Shown here piece by piece: positions 1 through 13,681 of a stretch of DNA of 64,000 nt. The stretch is from Octopus sinensis. Its lineage: Eukaryota. The stretch is taken from NCBI RefSeq assembly GCF_006345805.1, contig NC_043007.1, positions 16,120,001 to 16,184,000 of the forward strand. Direction: 5' to 3'. Within the stretch, counting starts at the first letter, position 1. The number at the start of each line of letters is the position of its first letter. The notes beneath the pieces were generated by a model. It was not told the origin of the DNA, searched no databases, and was given only the letters and a program-made list of their open reading frames with translations. The position numbers were made by a program, and so were the translations under genes.

Positions 1-59
1 AACACGTAAAACAGTTTATAAATACTTACGTTTTTTTTTCATCTTCGCTATTGTTTCAG

Positions 60-285
60 GAATATTCTTTAATACAGGAAAAGAATGGAAGGATTTGAAA
101 AAGTTTACTATTTCAACACTGCGGGATTTAGGAATGGGCAAGAAAAAGCTAGAAGAACAGATATACATGGAAACTCAGACTTTAGGCGATGCTTTTCAAT
201 CTCACAATGGTAAACCGTTTTCCTTGAAAGACCCGCTGGCACACTTCTCTTTGAGTATTGTGTATTATATAACATTTGGTGAAAG
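60..285 (+). CDS. CYP gene A exon 2
   Basis: tttcag|GA...GAAAG|gttag; [35 protein letters not shown]...FGER; 226 nt. Confidence 0.95.
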
Positions 286-349
286 GTTAGTAGAAATCAA
301 CACAATAGTATGTATTTATTATGTATCTATTGAATATTAACACACACAC

Positions 350-437
<88 letters not shown>

Positions 438-3400
438 TGTGAAATTTGATTTAATACTAAATTGAATTTTCCCTGTAAGTTTGGAGTTATACTCCCTAAT
501 ATTATTATTATATACATATATGGAAAAACCAGTCTAGGTAGAAAATGCTAAAATAATTTTATAAAAAACATTTCAGTACTGGTTTCAGTCATTGAGATTT
601 TTTCAACTGTAACAGTCATACAGGTATTTCTTCCAGTTATTTTCTATGTAGAGGGAGAATGGGCACCGCATTTTTCTAGAACCTTACGATAAATACAAAT
701 TTGTAGATATCCCTTGACTAGGTTAGCAAAGAAGGGGGCCATTCTCGTACCCATCGCAGTCCCCGATCTGTCGGTAGAAGATGAAAAATACGGCAGCCCA
801 TTCTCCCTCTGCATAGAAAATAACTGGAAGAGATACCTGGATGACTGTTTCATTCTTTGGCATGAAAATATAGAGAAACTTAAAGAATTCCAAGCACTTA
901 TAAATGGATTTGACGTAAACATTCAATGCATGATGGAATATAACCATCAACGACTTCCTTTTCTCGACATCCTCATTAAGAAATCTGACAACGTAATAGA
1001 AACAGGTATATACTATAAGCCTACGGACTCCAAGGAATATCTACCGTTCAACTCATGCCACCCCAGACACACTAGAATGAATATCCTCTTCAACCTAGTA
1101 AAATGGATTTGTACTATAGTTTCTAATACAAGCACGAGGGACACACGGCTACATGAACTAAAGGATACAGTCATCACCAGGAACTTCCCACCTTCACTAA
1201 TTGACATATGCTTTCAACGTGCCCTTCAACTTACATCCAGAATCTCAGACATCCAAATTAACCCTTTCGTTACTGTATTTATTTTGGAATGCACTGTGTT
1301 CCTTTCAATTACTTTAAATATAACAAAGACTTTAGTAAAATAACTTAGTTATCATTCAGCTACTATTAAGAACATAAATTGTGACTAAGGTTTGGTGGAA
1401 GATTTTGATTCAAAACTTATAAAAACAAGACATTTGTACTCAGAGCCAGAGCCGGTTTCAGCCGGGTTGGTAACGAAAGAAGGATTTACAACCAAAAGCC
1501 CTACCATACATCTCCACACACAACCTTCTCAACAATGAAGCCTTCGACACCATCCTTCAAAACATTCTCCTGCTGAAAAAGGACCACAGAATGAACTTAA
1601 TCCTCCAAACACACACCATCATAAAAAGCAAGAGACAACCCAAATCTATGAAAAGACTCCTAACACGAGCCGAATACGCTCAACAACACAGAAGCCGTCA
1701 GTAAAAAGATACGGAAGACCAAACTGCGGGATATGCGTCAATTTAATTGTGGGATCAGAGTTCTCCTTGAAACAGGGACAACGTTTCACAGTGTAAAGTA
1801 ACTTCACATGTGCTTCGGAGAATCTGATATACGCACTAACTTGCTCTGAGTGTCAAGAACAATACATAGACCAAACAAAAAACAATGTACGTAAAAGAAT
1901 GGCTCTGCACAGATTCTAGATCAAAATTCCCCAAAACAGAAAAATAGCATTCAGCCAACACATAGACATTTGCACCAATAACGAAAATCCAAGCTTCAGA
2001 ATTTTTTCCCTCTACCAATTCAGGAACGATACAACCTGTAGCCAACGAATTAGTAAAGAGACTCTCTTTATTACAAAATACAGATCACTTTTGAACGCGT
2101 CTACAACAAACGACACATCGACCACAGCCTTAGAATAGCACAAACACACACGCAAATATTAAAATGATACGCTCAAGAGATTCCCAGGAATTCATTAAAA
2201 CACTCCCAATCACTGCTATAACCCATAACGAATCAATTCTAGGTCATTTGACCATTCAACACCTTACTGCTATCATACTACCTACATTCCTTCTTATCCT
2301 CCCTTCTGTTTCTTCTTCTTCCTCATCTTCCTCTCCGCCACCTCCTTCCTAACTTTATCACTGTTGCTGTTTAGAATAACACCTACGCAAATTTTATAAA
2401 CAAAACATTCAAAAGATATGCTTCAGGTATTCAATCCGTACTACCATCTCAAAGGGGCACGTTTCAGGGCACTTGACTATGTAACATACTATCATCATGG
2501 CACTTACGCATTCTTCTTCTTCTTCTGCTTCTTCTTCTTCTTCTTCTTCTTCTTTTTCTTTTTCTTCTTCTTCTTTTTCTTTTCCCCTTCTTCTTCTTCT
2601 TTTTCTTTTCCCCTTCTTCTTCTTCTTCTTCTTCTCTCCTTCTTCTTCTCCTTCTTTTTCTTCTTCTTCTTCTTTTTCTTTTTCTTCTTCTTTTTCTTTT
2701 CCCCTTCTTCTTCTTTTTCTTTTCCCCTTCTCCCTTTTTTCTTCTTCTTCTTCTTCTCCTTCTTCTCCTATCTTTTTTTCTCCCTCTTCTTTTTCTTCTT
2801 CTTCTTCTTCTTCTTCTTTCTTCTTCTTCTTCTTCTTCTTCTCCTTCTTTTTCTTCTTCTTCTTCTTCTTTTTCTTTTCCCCTTCTTCTTCTTTTTCTTT
2901 TCCCCTTCTTCTTCTCCTTCTCCTTCTCCTTCTTCTTCTTCTTCTTCTTCTCCTCCTCCTTCCTCTTGTTGTTCTTGTTGTTATTCTTTTTCTTCTTCCC
3001 CCTCCTCCTCCTCCTCCTCCCTACCAAGAATTCACAACGACCTCGAACCCACAAGGGTAAACAAGAGACACAGAAACAGGCAGAAATAAGGAAAACGCCC
3101 CTTCTATCTGAATACTCTGCAAATATTCTTTTGAAAAACTTTTCTCTTAATTTTTCTAAAACTTAACTGTTTTCCATATTTACAGTTGAAAAAAGTCTCA
3201 ATAACTAAAACCGGTACTGAAATGTTTTTTTATAAAATTATCTAAGCATTTTCAACCTTGGCTTGTTTTTCCATATATATCAACCTTCTACACACACACA
3301 CCACACACACACACCACATATATATATATATATGTATATATATACATATATATATATATGTATGTATATGTGTGTATGTGTGTGTGTATATATACATATA

Positions 3401-3512
3401 TGTATATGTGTATGTATGTGTATATATATATATATATATATGTGTGTGTGCATGTGAGTATATATACATATATGTGTGTATGTATGCATTTATGTATGCA
3501 TGTGTGGGTGTG

Positions 3513-3551
<39 letters not shown>

Positions 3552-3999
3552 GTATGTACACGAGTATATACGTGTCTGCGTGTTGCGCAAGCATATGTAT
3601 GCACTTAAAGGAATGAAAGCGGGTACATGTGAGTATATGTGATTCTAGGAATAGATATTTTATATAAGCACAGATTTATAGTGGATATATTGATATATTT
3701 ACACATACCTATTTCTTTACTACCCACAAGGGGCTAAACATAGAGGGGACAAACAACAAACAAAGACAGACATAGGTATTAAGTCGATTATATCGACCCC
3801 AGTGCGTAACTGGTACTTAATTTATCGACCCCGAAAGGATGAAAGGCAAAGTCGACCTCGACGGAATTTGAACTCAGAACGTAACGGCAGACGAAATACC
3901 ACGAAGCATTTCGCCCGGCGTGCAAACGTTTCTGCCAGCTCGCCGCCTTGTATTTACACATACCTGTCTCTGCATTGTACGTGTATATGCGTGTGTGCG

Positions 4000-4060
<61 letters not shown>

Positions 4061-4524
4061 ACTCACATACAATTATGCGCATCTGCAGGCCTGCATACAT
4101 GCCTCTATGTATGCAAGAATTTTTATATATGTGAAAATTAGATACAAATGAATGTGTATATACCGGAATGCATGTAACATACATGAGTTTTGTATGCATA
4201 TGTATCTGTTGTTGTGTGTAAATATCTATATACATGTTTAATGCAATGCATGTGTATACATCTTCTACTATTAAGCACTGACCTGTCCTCTAAGCAGCGT
4301 AACCTGTACTCCCAAATTCCACCATCTTACTTACACCGTCTCTCTGCCCTTCACTTAGGCTATATCACTACATATATGACACTCCTTTACTCTTTACTCT
4401 ATCATCTCTTTAAACTCTCATCTCTTTACACTCTCTCTATCACCCTCACTTCCCCATTCTTTCTATCAATTTATCCTGACTGACCACTAACCAGTACACT
4501 TTCCCTCTCTTCATTTCTTTATTA

Positions 4525-4559
<35 letters not shown>

Positions 4560-6876
4560 TTTCTTTCTCTCTTTCTTTTTTCTCTTTTCCTGTTTTTGAT
4601 TTGACCTTATAAACACATTCCCAACTTTTAACTCACTTCAAAGAAACCCTCGATTCAATAACACCGTTTACAAACTCTATGCTAGGAATGACCAATTTTA
4701 AACACTGTTGGAACTGCTTAAATAATGGATCTGCAGATACAATATCCCTGCATATCTCACGTCTGTTTTCATTCCTCCTCTTCACTCTCTATTTCATATC
4801 TTCTCTACAATACCGGAAACAGCTATAAGACCTTCGCTTTATAAATGTTCTGAAATCTTTCACAGCCTTGGATTTTTATCTCATTCTGTTAATTATATAT
4901 CGATATATATATATATATATTATATATATATATCTATATATATATATATGAAAAAACAAGTCAAGATAGAAAATGCTAAAATAATTTTATAAAGAACATT
5001 TCAGTACCGGTTTCGGTCATTTTGAGACCTTTTCAACTGTAACGATTAAATAATTAAATTTAGAAAAATTAAAAGAACAGTTTTTTTAAAGGAATATTTG
5101 TATAGTGTTCAAATATAAGTGGCATTTTCCTTGTTTCTGCCTTTCTCTGTCTCTCTTGTTTTCACTTGTGTATATATATATACATATATATATATATAAG
5201 GTGCGTACGGTATTTGAGGACATACGTTAATTTTACTATAACAGCTATTTATCAACTTAATATTTTATATATTTCAGAATTATCAATGGCAGATACATGA
5301 GATGAAGAGGCATGCAGTCATCGCGGCTCTAACGGCTGAACATAGCAATTTAGAAATAGCACGATTTTTAAAAGTCGCTACATGCTTCGTCTACAAAATT
5401 CGCAAGGAGTTAGAGGTTAAAGATGGAAATATATAGGCGCAGGAGTGGCTGTGTGGTAAGTAGCTTGCTAACCAACCACATGGTTCTGGGTTCAGTCCCA
5501 CTGCGTGGCATCTTGGGCAAGTGTCTTCTGCTATAGCCTTGGGCCGACCACATCCTTGTGAGTGGATTTGGTAGACGGAAACTGAAAGAAGCCTGTCGTA
5601 TATATGTATATATATATATATATATTTGTATGTGTGTGTATATGTTTGTGAGTCTGTGTTTGTCCCTCTAGCATTGCTTGACAACCGATGCTGGTGTGTT
5701 TACGTCTCCGTCACTTAGCGGTTCGGCAAAAAAACCGATAGAATAAGTACTGGACTTACAAAGAATAAGTCCCCGGGTCGATTTGCTCGACTAAAGGCGG
5801 TGCTCCAGCATGGCCGCAGTCAAATGACTGAAACAAGTAAAAGAGTAAAAGAGTAAAAGAGAGTATCAAAACCTAAGAAACATTTTAGAAGCACTAATAT
5901 ACTTAGAACACTAGAATTTATTCAACAAGTAAAGCAGACCATTGATGATATCCCAGAAGATCAATGAGGTTGATTGCAAAAGAACACCAGATGTCAGAAT
6001 GAACAATCTGGAATGTCCACAAAGACATCAGATACAAATCTTATGCAATGAGAAAAGGTCATTTCATGCCAGAAACCGTGAAGGAAAATCACTTAATCAG
6101 AAACAGCTTTAAAACCCAGTAGATAAAGATGTCATTTGGTTCTTCTCAGGCAAGAACAACTTTCATCGAGATCAGAAAGTAAACAGAAGAAATGACAGAT
6201 GGCTATGTACTTACTCTTTGGAAATCCCAAGAGTAATGCACACAAAATGTCCCGCAACTGTCATGGTTTTGGGAGGCTGTAAGCAATGAAGGACATGTGA
6301 TGCCTCCTCACTCATTTCCACAAGGGCTTTGAGTAAACTCTGCTGTCTACGTAGATGTCCTGAATACAGTGATTAAGCCATGGATCGATAATGTTCTCAA
6401 CAGAAGACCTTATGTGTTTCAACAAGACTCAGCACCATCACACAAGGCTACAACAAAACATGAATGGATGGCTGAAAATTTTCATGACCTCATAACCCAC
6501 AATATTTGGCCATCTAGCTCCCCAGATCTCAATCCATTGGACTACTATGTATGGAGCGTAGTTGAGAAAGAGATTAATGAGCATTCTCATAACACCAAAG
6601 AATCCTTAAAGCCTCCATAGCCAGAGTAATGTCCAATATGAACACTGACCACTTGATCCTAACATGCAGGCGATTCGGACCTCGCATATGAGCCGTTGAA
6701 ACTGAAGATTTTATTGAATAAAATGACGAATCAATAAGTATATTTTTATCCGCAAAACCTTTTTCAGTAAAAAGCCATTATTGTCTTTTTCTAAGAGTAA
6801 TTTTTGTGTAAGTATATAACTGTCTTCAAATACCTTATGCACCCAGTATATATATTTATTGTGTATGTATGGTAAG

Positions 6877-6941
<65 letters not shown>

Positions 6942-6949
6942 ATATATAT

Positions 6950-6980
<31 letters not shown>

Positions 6981-7050
6981 TATGTATATATGTATATTGT
7001 TATGTATATATGTATGTTTGTATATATATATATATATATATGTGTATATA

Positions 7051-7081
<31 letters not shown>

Positions 7082-7092
7082 GATATATATAT

Positions 7093-7151
<59 letters not shown>

Positions 7152-10055
7152 GTATACATATATATAAATTGTATTATATTCATATTTTATGCTATATCAT
7201 ATTATATTAAATTACACATTTTGTAATTGAAGGATCAGATTTGGAAAGCCTGAATTTCAAGAAATAGTTGATGACTTACGATTTTTCTTCAACAATATAA
7301 GTGCATTTATGCCAGAGAATTTCTTTCCATTCATCAGATTTTTTCGATGGAATTCTCCCGTAAGTATAAAAACTTCATATTGAAATCTGAATATTATTTA
7401 ATCAAGTTTTGAACCCAGAAAATATAGCTTTCCCAAACTCAAAATTCTATCATCGCCTTATTGTGACTGCTCGATGAGTTAGAGAAAAATGGCCAGATAA
7501 ATATAGTACCAGAATTTGCTTTCCAAGTAATAAGATAAATTTGTATTTAAACCTTTCCGATGTCGACATTTTTCTCAGTTATGCTAAGTTTATTCTATGA
7601 TAATTCAAATTTACCTAATAAATTATCACAAATTCTCCGATGCAGTTGTGCCTAAAATCAGGACAATAATAATGTTTGCCTGTAAAAAATACACACACAC
7701 ATGTATGTATGTATGTATGTATGTATGTATGTATGTATGTATGTATGTATGTATGTATGTATGTATGTATGTATATAATTCAAAATAGTTTATACTTCCA
7801 CAAAACAATTTGTTCAGGAAAATATTCTAATTTTAAAGACAGGCGCAGGAGTGGCTGTGTGGTAAGTAGCTTGCTAACCAACCACATGGTTTCGGGTTCA
7901 GTCCCACTGCGTGGCATCTTGGGCAAGTGTCTTCTGCTATAGCCCCGGGCCGACCAATGCCTTGTGAGTGGATTTGGTAGACGGAAACTGAAAGAAGCCT
8001 GTCGTATATATATATATATATTGTATGTGTGTGTTTGTGTGCATGTGTTTGTCCCCCTAGCATTGCTTGACAACCGATGCTGGTGTATTTACGTCCCTGT
8101 CACTTAGCAGTTCGGCAAAAGAGACCGATAGAATAAGTACTGGGCTTACAAAGAATAAGTCCCGGAGTCGATTTGCTCGACTAAAAGGCGGTGCTCCAGC
8201 ATGGCCGCAGTCAAATGACTGAAACAAGTAAAAGAGTAAAGAGTTTCGTGTGTAAATAATATTCTGGTTTGGAGATGTGGCATAAGAAAATCATGGATAC
8301 AATTTGCGTTAATTAATAAGTATAGCTGATTGATTTGTCTTAGCATAACAATTATATTATTTTGATGACTACAAAAAGAGGAAATTCGAGTCCAGCGTAG
8401 AACGTTGATGAATGTAGATGAAAACAAAATTCTATAAAACTTTAAATTGGACCCAATGCTAATTTTTTCACCATAGATAAATCAAATTATCAAGAAGAAC
8501 AAAAAGATCCGAAATTATGTAAAAGAGAAAATCAGGGAACATAAGGAAACATTTAATGTCGGCGACATAAGAGATTTCATTGACGTCTACTTACTCACAC
8601 TTGAGAAGGAACCAAACAGCGAATCTTTATCTGGTGAGTGTTATATGAACTGTTATGTTTTATTTGTTTCCTTCAAGATATTACATGTAAGTTTTGAAAA
8701 TAGAATATTATTTCATACATAAAAAGAGAATATTGCATTAATTATTATAAACAGACGTTATAAGGAACATGCAATAAATTATAACTCAATGAACGTATCA
8801 TAATCATATATGCCGAGTGACGTCCTTGTGCTTACAAGTTGTGTTTTTTTTTGTGTTCACGTAAATGGTGCAGTCTGCAATGTTGTTATGAGCAGGAAGT
8901 TGGAACGAAGAGCCAACATGAAATTTTGCGTTAAACTTGGGACGTCTGCTACAGCGACATTGAGCATGCTTAGGTAAGGTCACGGCAACAAAGCGCTGGA
9001 TTGTACGCACTGTTTCGAGAAACATGGGTGCTTCAAAATTGGAAGAACGTCTCCGGAGGACGAAGAGCAATCTGGATGACCTTCCACGAGCGTCACCTCT
9101 GTAAATATGGTATTGTACATCGAGAATTCGTTACCCAAAGGCAGACCACCAATCGAAAGTTCTACTGCGACGTTTTGAAGTGTTTAAGGGAAGACATTCG
9201 GCGAAAACAGCCGGATCTGTGAAGCACGAAGAATTGTATTCATCGCGACGTCAATGCACACTGTCACCGAACTCTCCTCCCCTGTGAGTTTCTCACTAAA
9301 AACAACGTGGTATCGTTTCCGAACCGGCCCTTTCGCGAGATTTAGCACCTGTGGACATCCATCTCTTTCCCAAGATGAAAATGCTTCTCGAAGGCCGCCC
9401 TCTTAACACTGGTGGTGAGATGCAAAGTGCATTGCAGAAGGCTCTCGACTTGCTAATAAAAAAACGACCTCCAGGGAGGATTCCAAAAGCGACAGGAACG
9501 CTGGGACCGGTGCATTGCTGCGCAAGGTGACTATTTCGAAGGAGTTGATATTAAAACTTAGGTAAATAAGTTATATTTTATTAAAACATAACTAGTCCGG
9601 GAACCTTTTCATACCACCTCTTATATACATGCATACATACACACACACATACATATGTACATACATACATGCATGCATGCATGCATGCATACATACATAC
9701 ATACATACATACATACATACATACATACATGCATATATACATACAGACATACATACAAACATACATACATGCATGCATGCATACGTACATACATACATAC
9801 ATACATACATACATGCATATATACATACATACATACATACATACAAACATACATACATGCATGCATGCATACGTACATACATACATACATACATGCATAT
9901 ATACATACATACAAACATACATACAAACATACATACATGCATGCATGCATACGTACATACATACATACATACATACATACATACATACATACAAACATAC
10001 ATACATGCATGCATGCATACGTACGTACATACATACATACATACATACATACACA

Positions 10056-10087
<32 letters not shown>

Positions 10088-10841
10088 CTTTATATTCATA
10101 ACGTTTTGCACAGTTATGAAGTTAATTCTAATTATTTTACCTGTTGTTGCAGAAGAGAATATTTTCCAGGCGATTATGGATCTTTTTATGGCTGGAACAG
10201 ACACAACATCTACCATTGTTAATTGGGCTTTTGTTCATATGGCCAAATATCCTGAAATACAGGACAAATGTCGAGCAGAAATTGAAAAGGTAAAATATCA
10301 GATTAGTTCATTAATATGTCCCGTTTATTTTTCATTTTATTAAAAATATTTTAATCTGTGCTATAAGATTGCGTAGTAAGTATCTTTACACTTATTCTGT
10401 TTTGTGACTGTAGTACTGGTTCTAAAGTAGTACTGTGCTACTGGTTCTGAACTTTAGTCCAAACAAAAATCATTAAAAAAGATTAATACCAAATCCATCT
10501 TCTGGTTATTTAATCAAATACTATAATCTCACTGACACTGCGGAGTTCCTGAATCAGAACCAACGGAAATATACCCCAAGTACGGATAACACCAGGTATC
10601 CCAAACAGTGCCAGTGCTTTACTCAACGCTACAATACACTAATCGATATATGCCTATTAGTCCAAAACAATATACATATATATACTTTACTTAAAAGCAA
10701 GAGACATTCAACAAAACCTGTTACTCAGAGTTTCACGTACCAGGTTTTTCTGTTGCTTTTAAATAAAGCATATTACTCTACCCTGGTATTTGAGTACTCT
10801 TTTTTTTCACCTTGTTTCACATTTATGTGTTTACTCCGGTA

Positions 10842-10911
<70 letters not shown>

Positions 10912-13364
10912 ATCCAAACAAGAAAACACAAAAAAAACACAGCAACGCGAGGACGTGGAACAAATAAAGTATTATTGGACGCTCAGGAACGAAGGGAAGA
11001 AGGAGGGTTTAACGTTTCGAGCGGAGCTCTTCGTCGGAAACAAAGGAGAAGGAAAGATCCCGAGAAGGGAAGACAGAGGAAAAGAAATTGCTGGCGGTGC
11101 TCACGAGGTCACATAGGAAGACTTTACGAAAAAAACAAAAGACGAAGACCGGTGGTATACAAAACAAACAGATGTATTAGTATAACGCTCAGGAATAGAA
11201 AAAGTCTTTTACGTTTCGAGCCTACGCTCTTCTACAGAAAGGGACACAGAAAAAACAAGGAAAGAAACAAGGAGAGAAAAAAATGTGTGTAGTGGCTAAC
11301 GATCTATCATATATATACTTAGTATAAGTAACAGATTGTCTCAAGGTCCGAGATTTTCAAGAGTTTACCTTTCATATGTGCCAACGCACGAAATTCTTGA
11401 ATTTTGAGTCGCCCTGTTACATATGCAAAATATTAATAAAAATGCTAAATATTAATGAACAAATACATATATACTCATATTTTGAGTTCTGTTTTTCCGG
11501 TTTGCACCAAAATACCTGTATGCATTTATAAATTTATATATACAACAATAATTATATCGTAATATATCATAATAATAATATATATACTCCGATTAAAGCG
11601 ACGTTAATCTAAACAATTGACTGAAAAATGATGAGCTAACTCCAGCTAGAATCGAACCTTGCGCATCCGACTAAGCTAGAACTCATAAATTTCAGTAAAA
11701 TTTTATGTATATATATTCTCTTTTACTCTTTTCTCTTTTTCTTGTTTCAGTCATTTGACTGCGGCCATGCTGGAGCACCACCTTTTTTTAGTCGAGCAAA
11801 TCGACCCCGGGACTTATTCTTTGTAAGCCCAGTACTTATTCTATCGGTCTCTTTTGCCGAACCGCTATGTGACGGGGACGTAAACACACCAGCATCGGTT
11901 GTCAAGCAATGCTAGGGGGACAAACACAGACACACAAACACACATACATATATATATATATATATACATATATACGACAGGTTTCTTTCAGTTTCCGTCT
12001 ACCAAATCCACTCACAAGGCATTGGTCGGCCCGGGGCTATAGCAGAAGACACTTGCCCAAGATGCCACGCAGTAGGACTGAACCCGGAACCACGTGGTTG
12101 GTTAGCAAGCTACTTACCACACAGCCACTCCTGCGCCTATATATACTTAACTATATTGAACTACATATAATACACATAATATTTGTAAACAAACCAGGAA
12201 ACTGGATAATTTACGAAGAAAAAACAAACTTGTTTACGAATCTAATAATTATTATTACCTATACGGTTCATTATATGCTGGCCACTTGATATGATCGCTA
12301 TTCTGAATAATGGTCTTATCCTTTATATATACAGGTGCAGGAGTGGCTGTGTGGTAAGTAGCTTGCTAACTAACCACATGGTTCCGGGTTCAGTCGCACT
12401 GCGTGGCATCTTGGGCAAGTGTCTTCTGCTATAGCCCCGGGCCGACCAATGCCTTGTGAGTGGATTTGGTAGACGGAAACTGAAAGAAGCCCGTCGTATA
12501 TATGTATATATATGTGTGTGTGTTTGTGTGTCTGTGTTTGTCCTCCTAGCATTGCTTGACAACCGATGCTGGTGTGTTTACGTCCCCGTCACTTAGCGGT
12601 TCGGCAAAAAAGAGACCGATAGAATAAGTACTGGGCTTACAAAGAATAAGTCCCGGGGTCGATTTGCTCGACTAAAGGCGGTGCTGCAGCATGGCCGCAG
12701 TCAAATGACTGAAACAAGTAAAAAGAGTAAAAAGAGTATGTGTGTGTGTGTGTGTGTTGTGAATACACACACATATATATACATACATATGTTTCTACAG
12801 ATTTAAACGTAAATATACTAATTGCTCTCGTATTTCGCTGCCTGAGAACAATTTATTCCCTAAAGATGAGCCAGTTTTCTTGTCTAGATCATTGATTTAG
12901 AGCTAGCTTTGGCGGAAGAGACGAAACCAGACCGAAACATTGCAGTGTCGGAAAGTCCCACTTCCACATTGTGAATACACATTCCTCTGAAAGGATGTGT
13001 TCTCCGAATCAGAAATACAAGAGATTAGCATAACCATATTCGTATATACGCGAACGTATTAAGAATGACTAGATTACACACACGTGCGCGCGTGCATATA
13101 TATATATATATATATATAGTTGGGTACAAAAAATTCAGGGTGAATACTTGATAATTGCACACGACTATGAGGATTTGCATCTCCAACGTAAATCGTCTTT
13201 TTCCCAAACTTATAATCTAATACATGTCCTTGGAGTAGTAATTGTACGCGGCTGAAGAAGGCTATTGACACACAAATTACATCAATTATGCATTGATATA
13301 AACCGTCTAATAAAAACCAGAAACATATGTACCGCTAAATCCTTTGCATCATGTTTTTATTTTG

Positions 13365-13429
<65 letters not shown>

Positions 13430-13608
13430 CTCTATAATGTTGCCACTTGATTTGAAAATTTTTGTATTAATGGAAAACCTCTATAATTGGCTGATGAGTA
13501 CTCAGCATCTTAAATATGTTGTAATACTTACAACATTTAATAAAATGATGTAGTACGAAACGATTGTACCAAATTACCGGAGTCATTCTTGTTGCTTATT
13601 TTGAGTAC

Positions 13609-13648
<40 letters not shown>

Positions 13649-13650
13649 TG

Positions 13651-13681
<31 letters not shown>

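Larger units (their letters stand above)
524..3270 (+). mobile_element. Decayed Penelope-like element (PLE): RT + GIY-YIG endonuclease with inverted pseudo-LTR ends
   Basis: RT remnant ~650-1250 (AMGTRMAP...; WKRYLDDCF; [18 protein letters not shown]). Cys linker [10 protein letters not shown] ~1710-1740. [43 protein letters not shown] ~1800-1912. Segment 524-612 is the reverse complement of 3181-3270. Confidence 0.85.
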
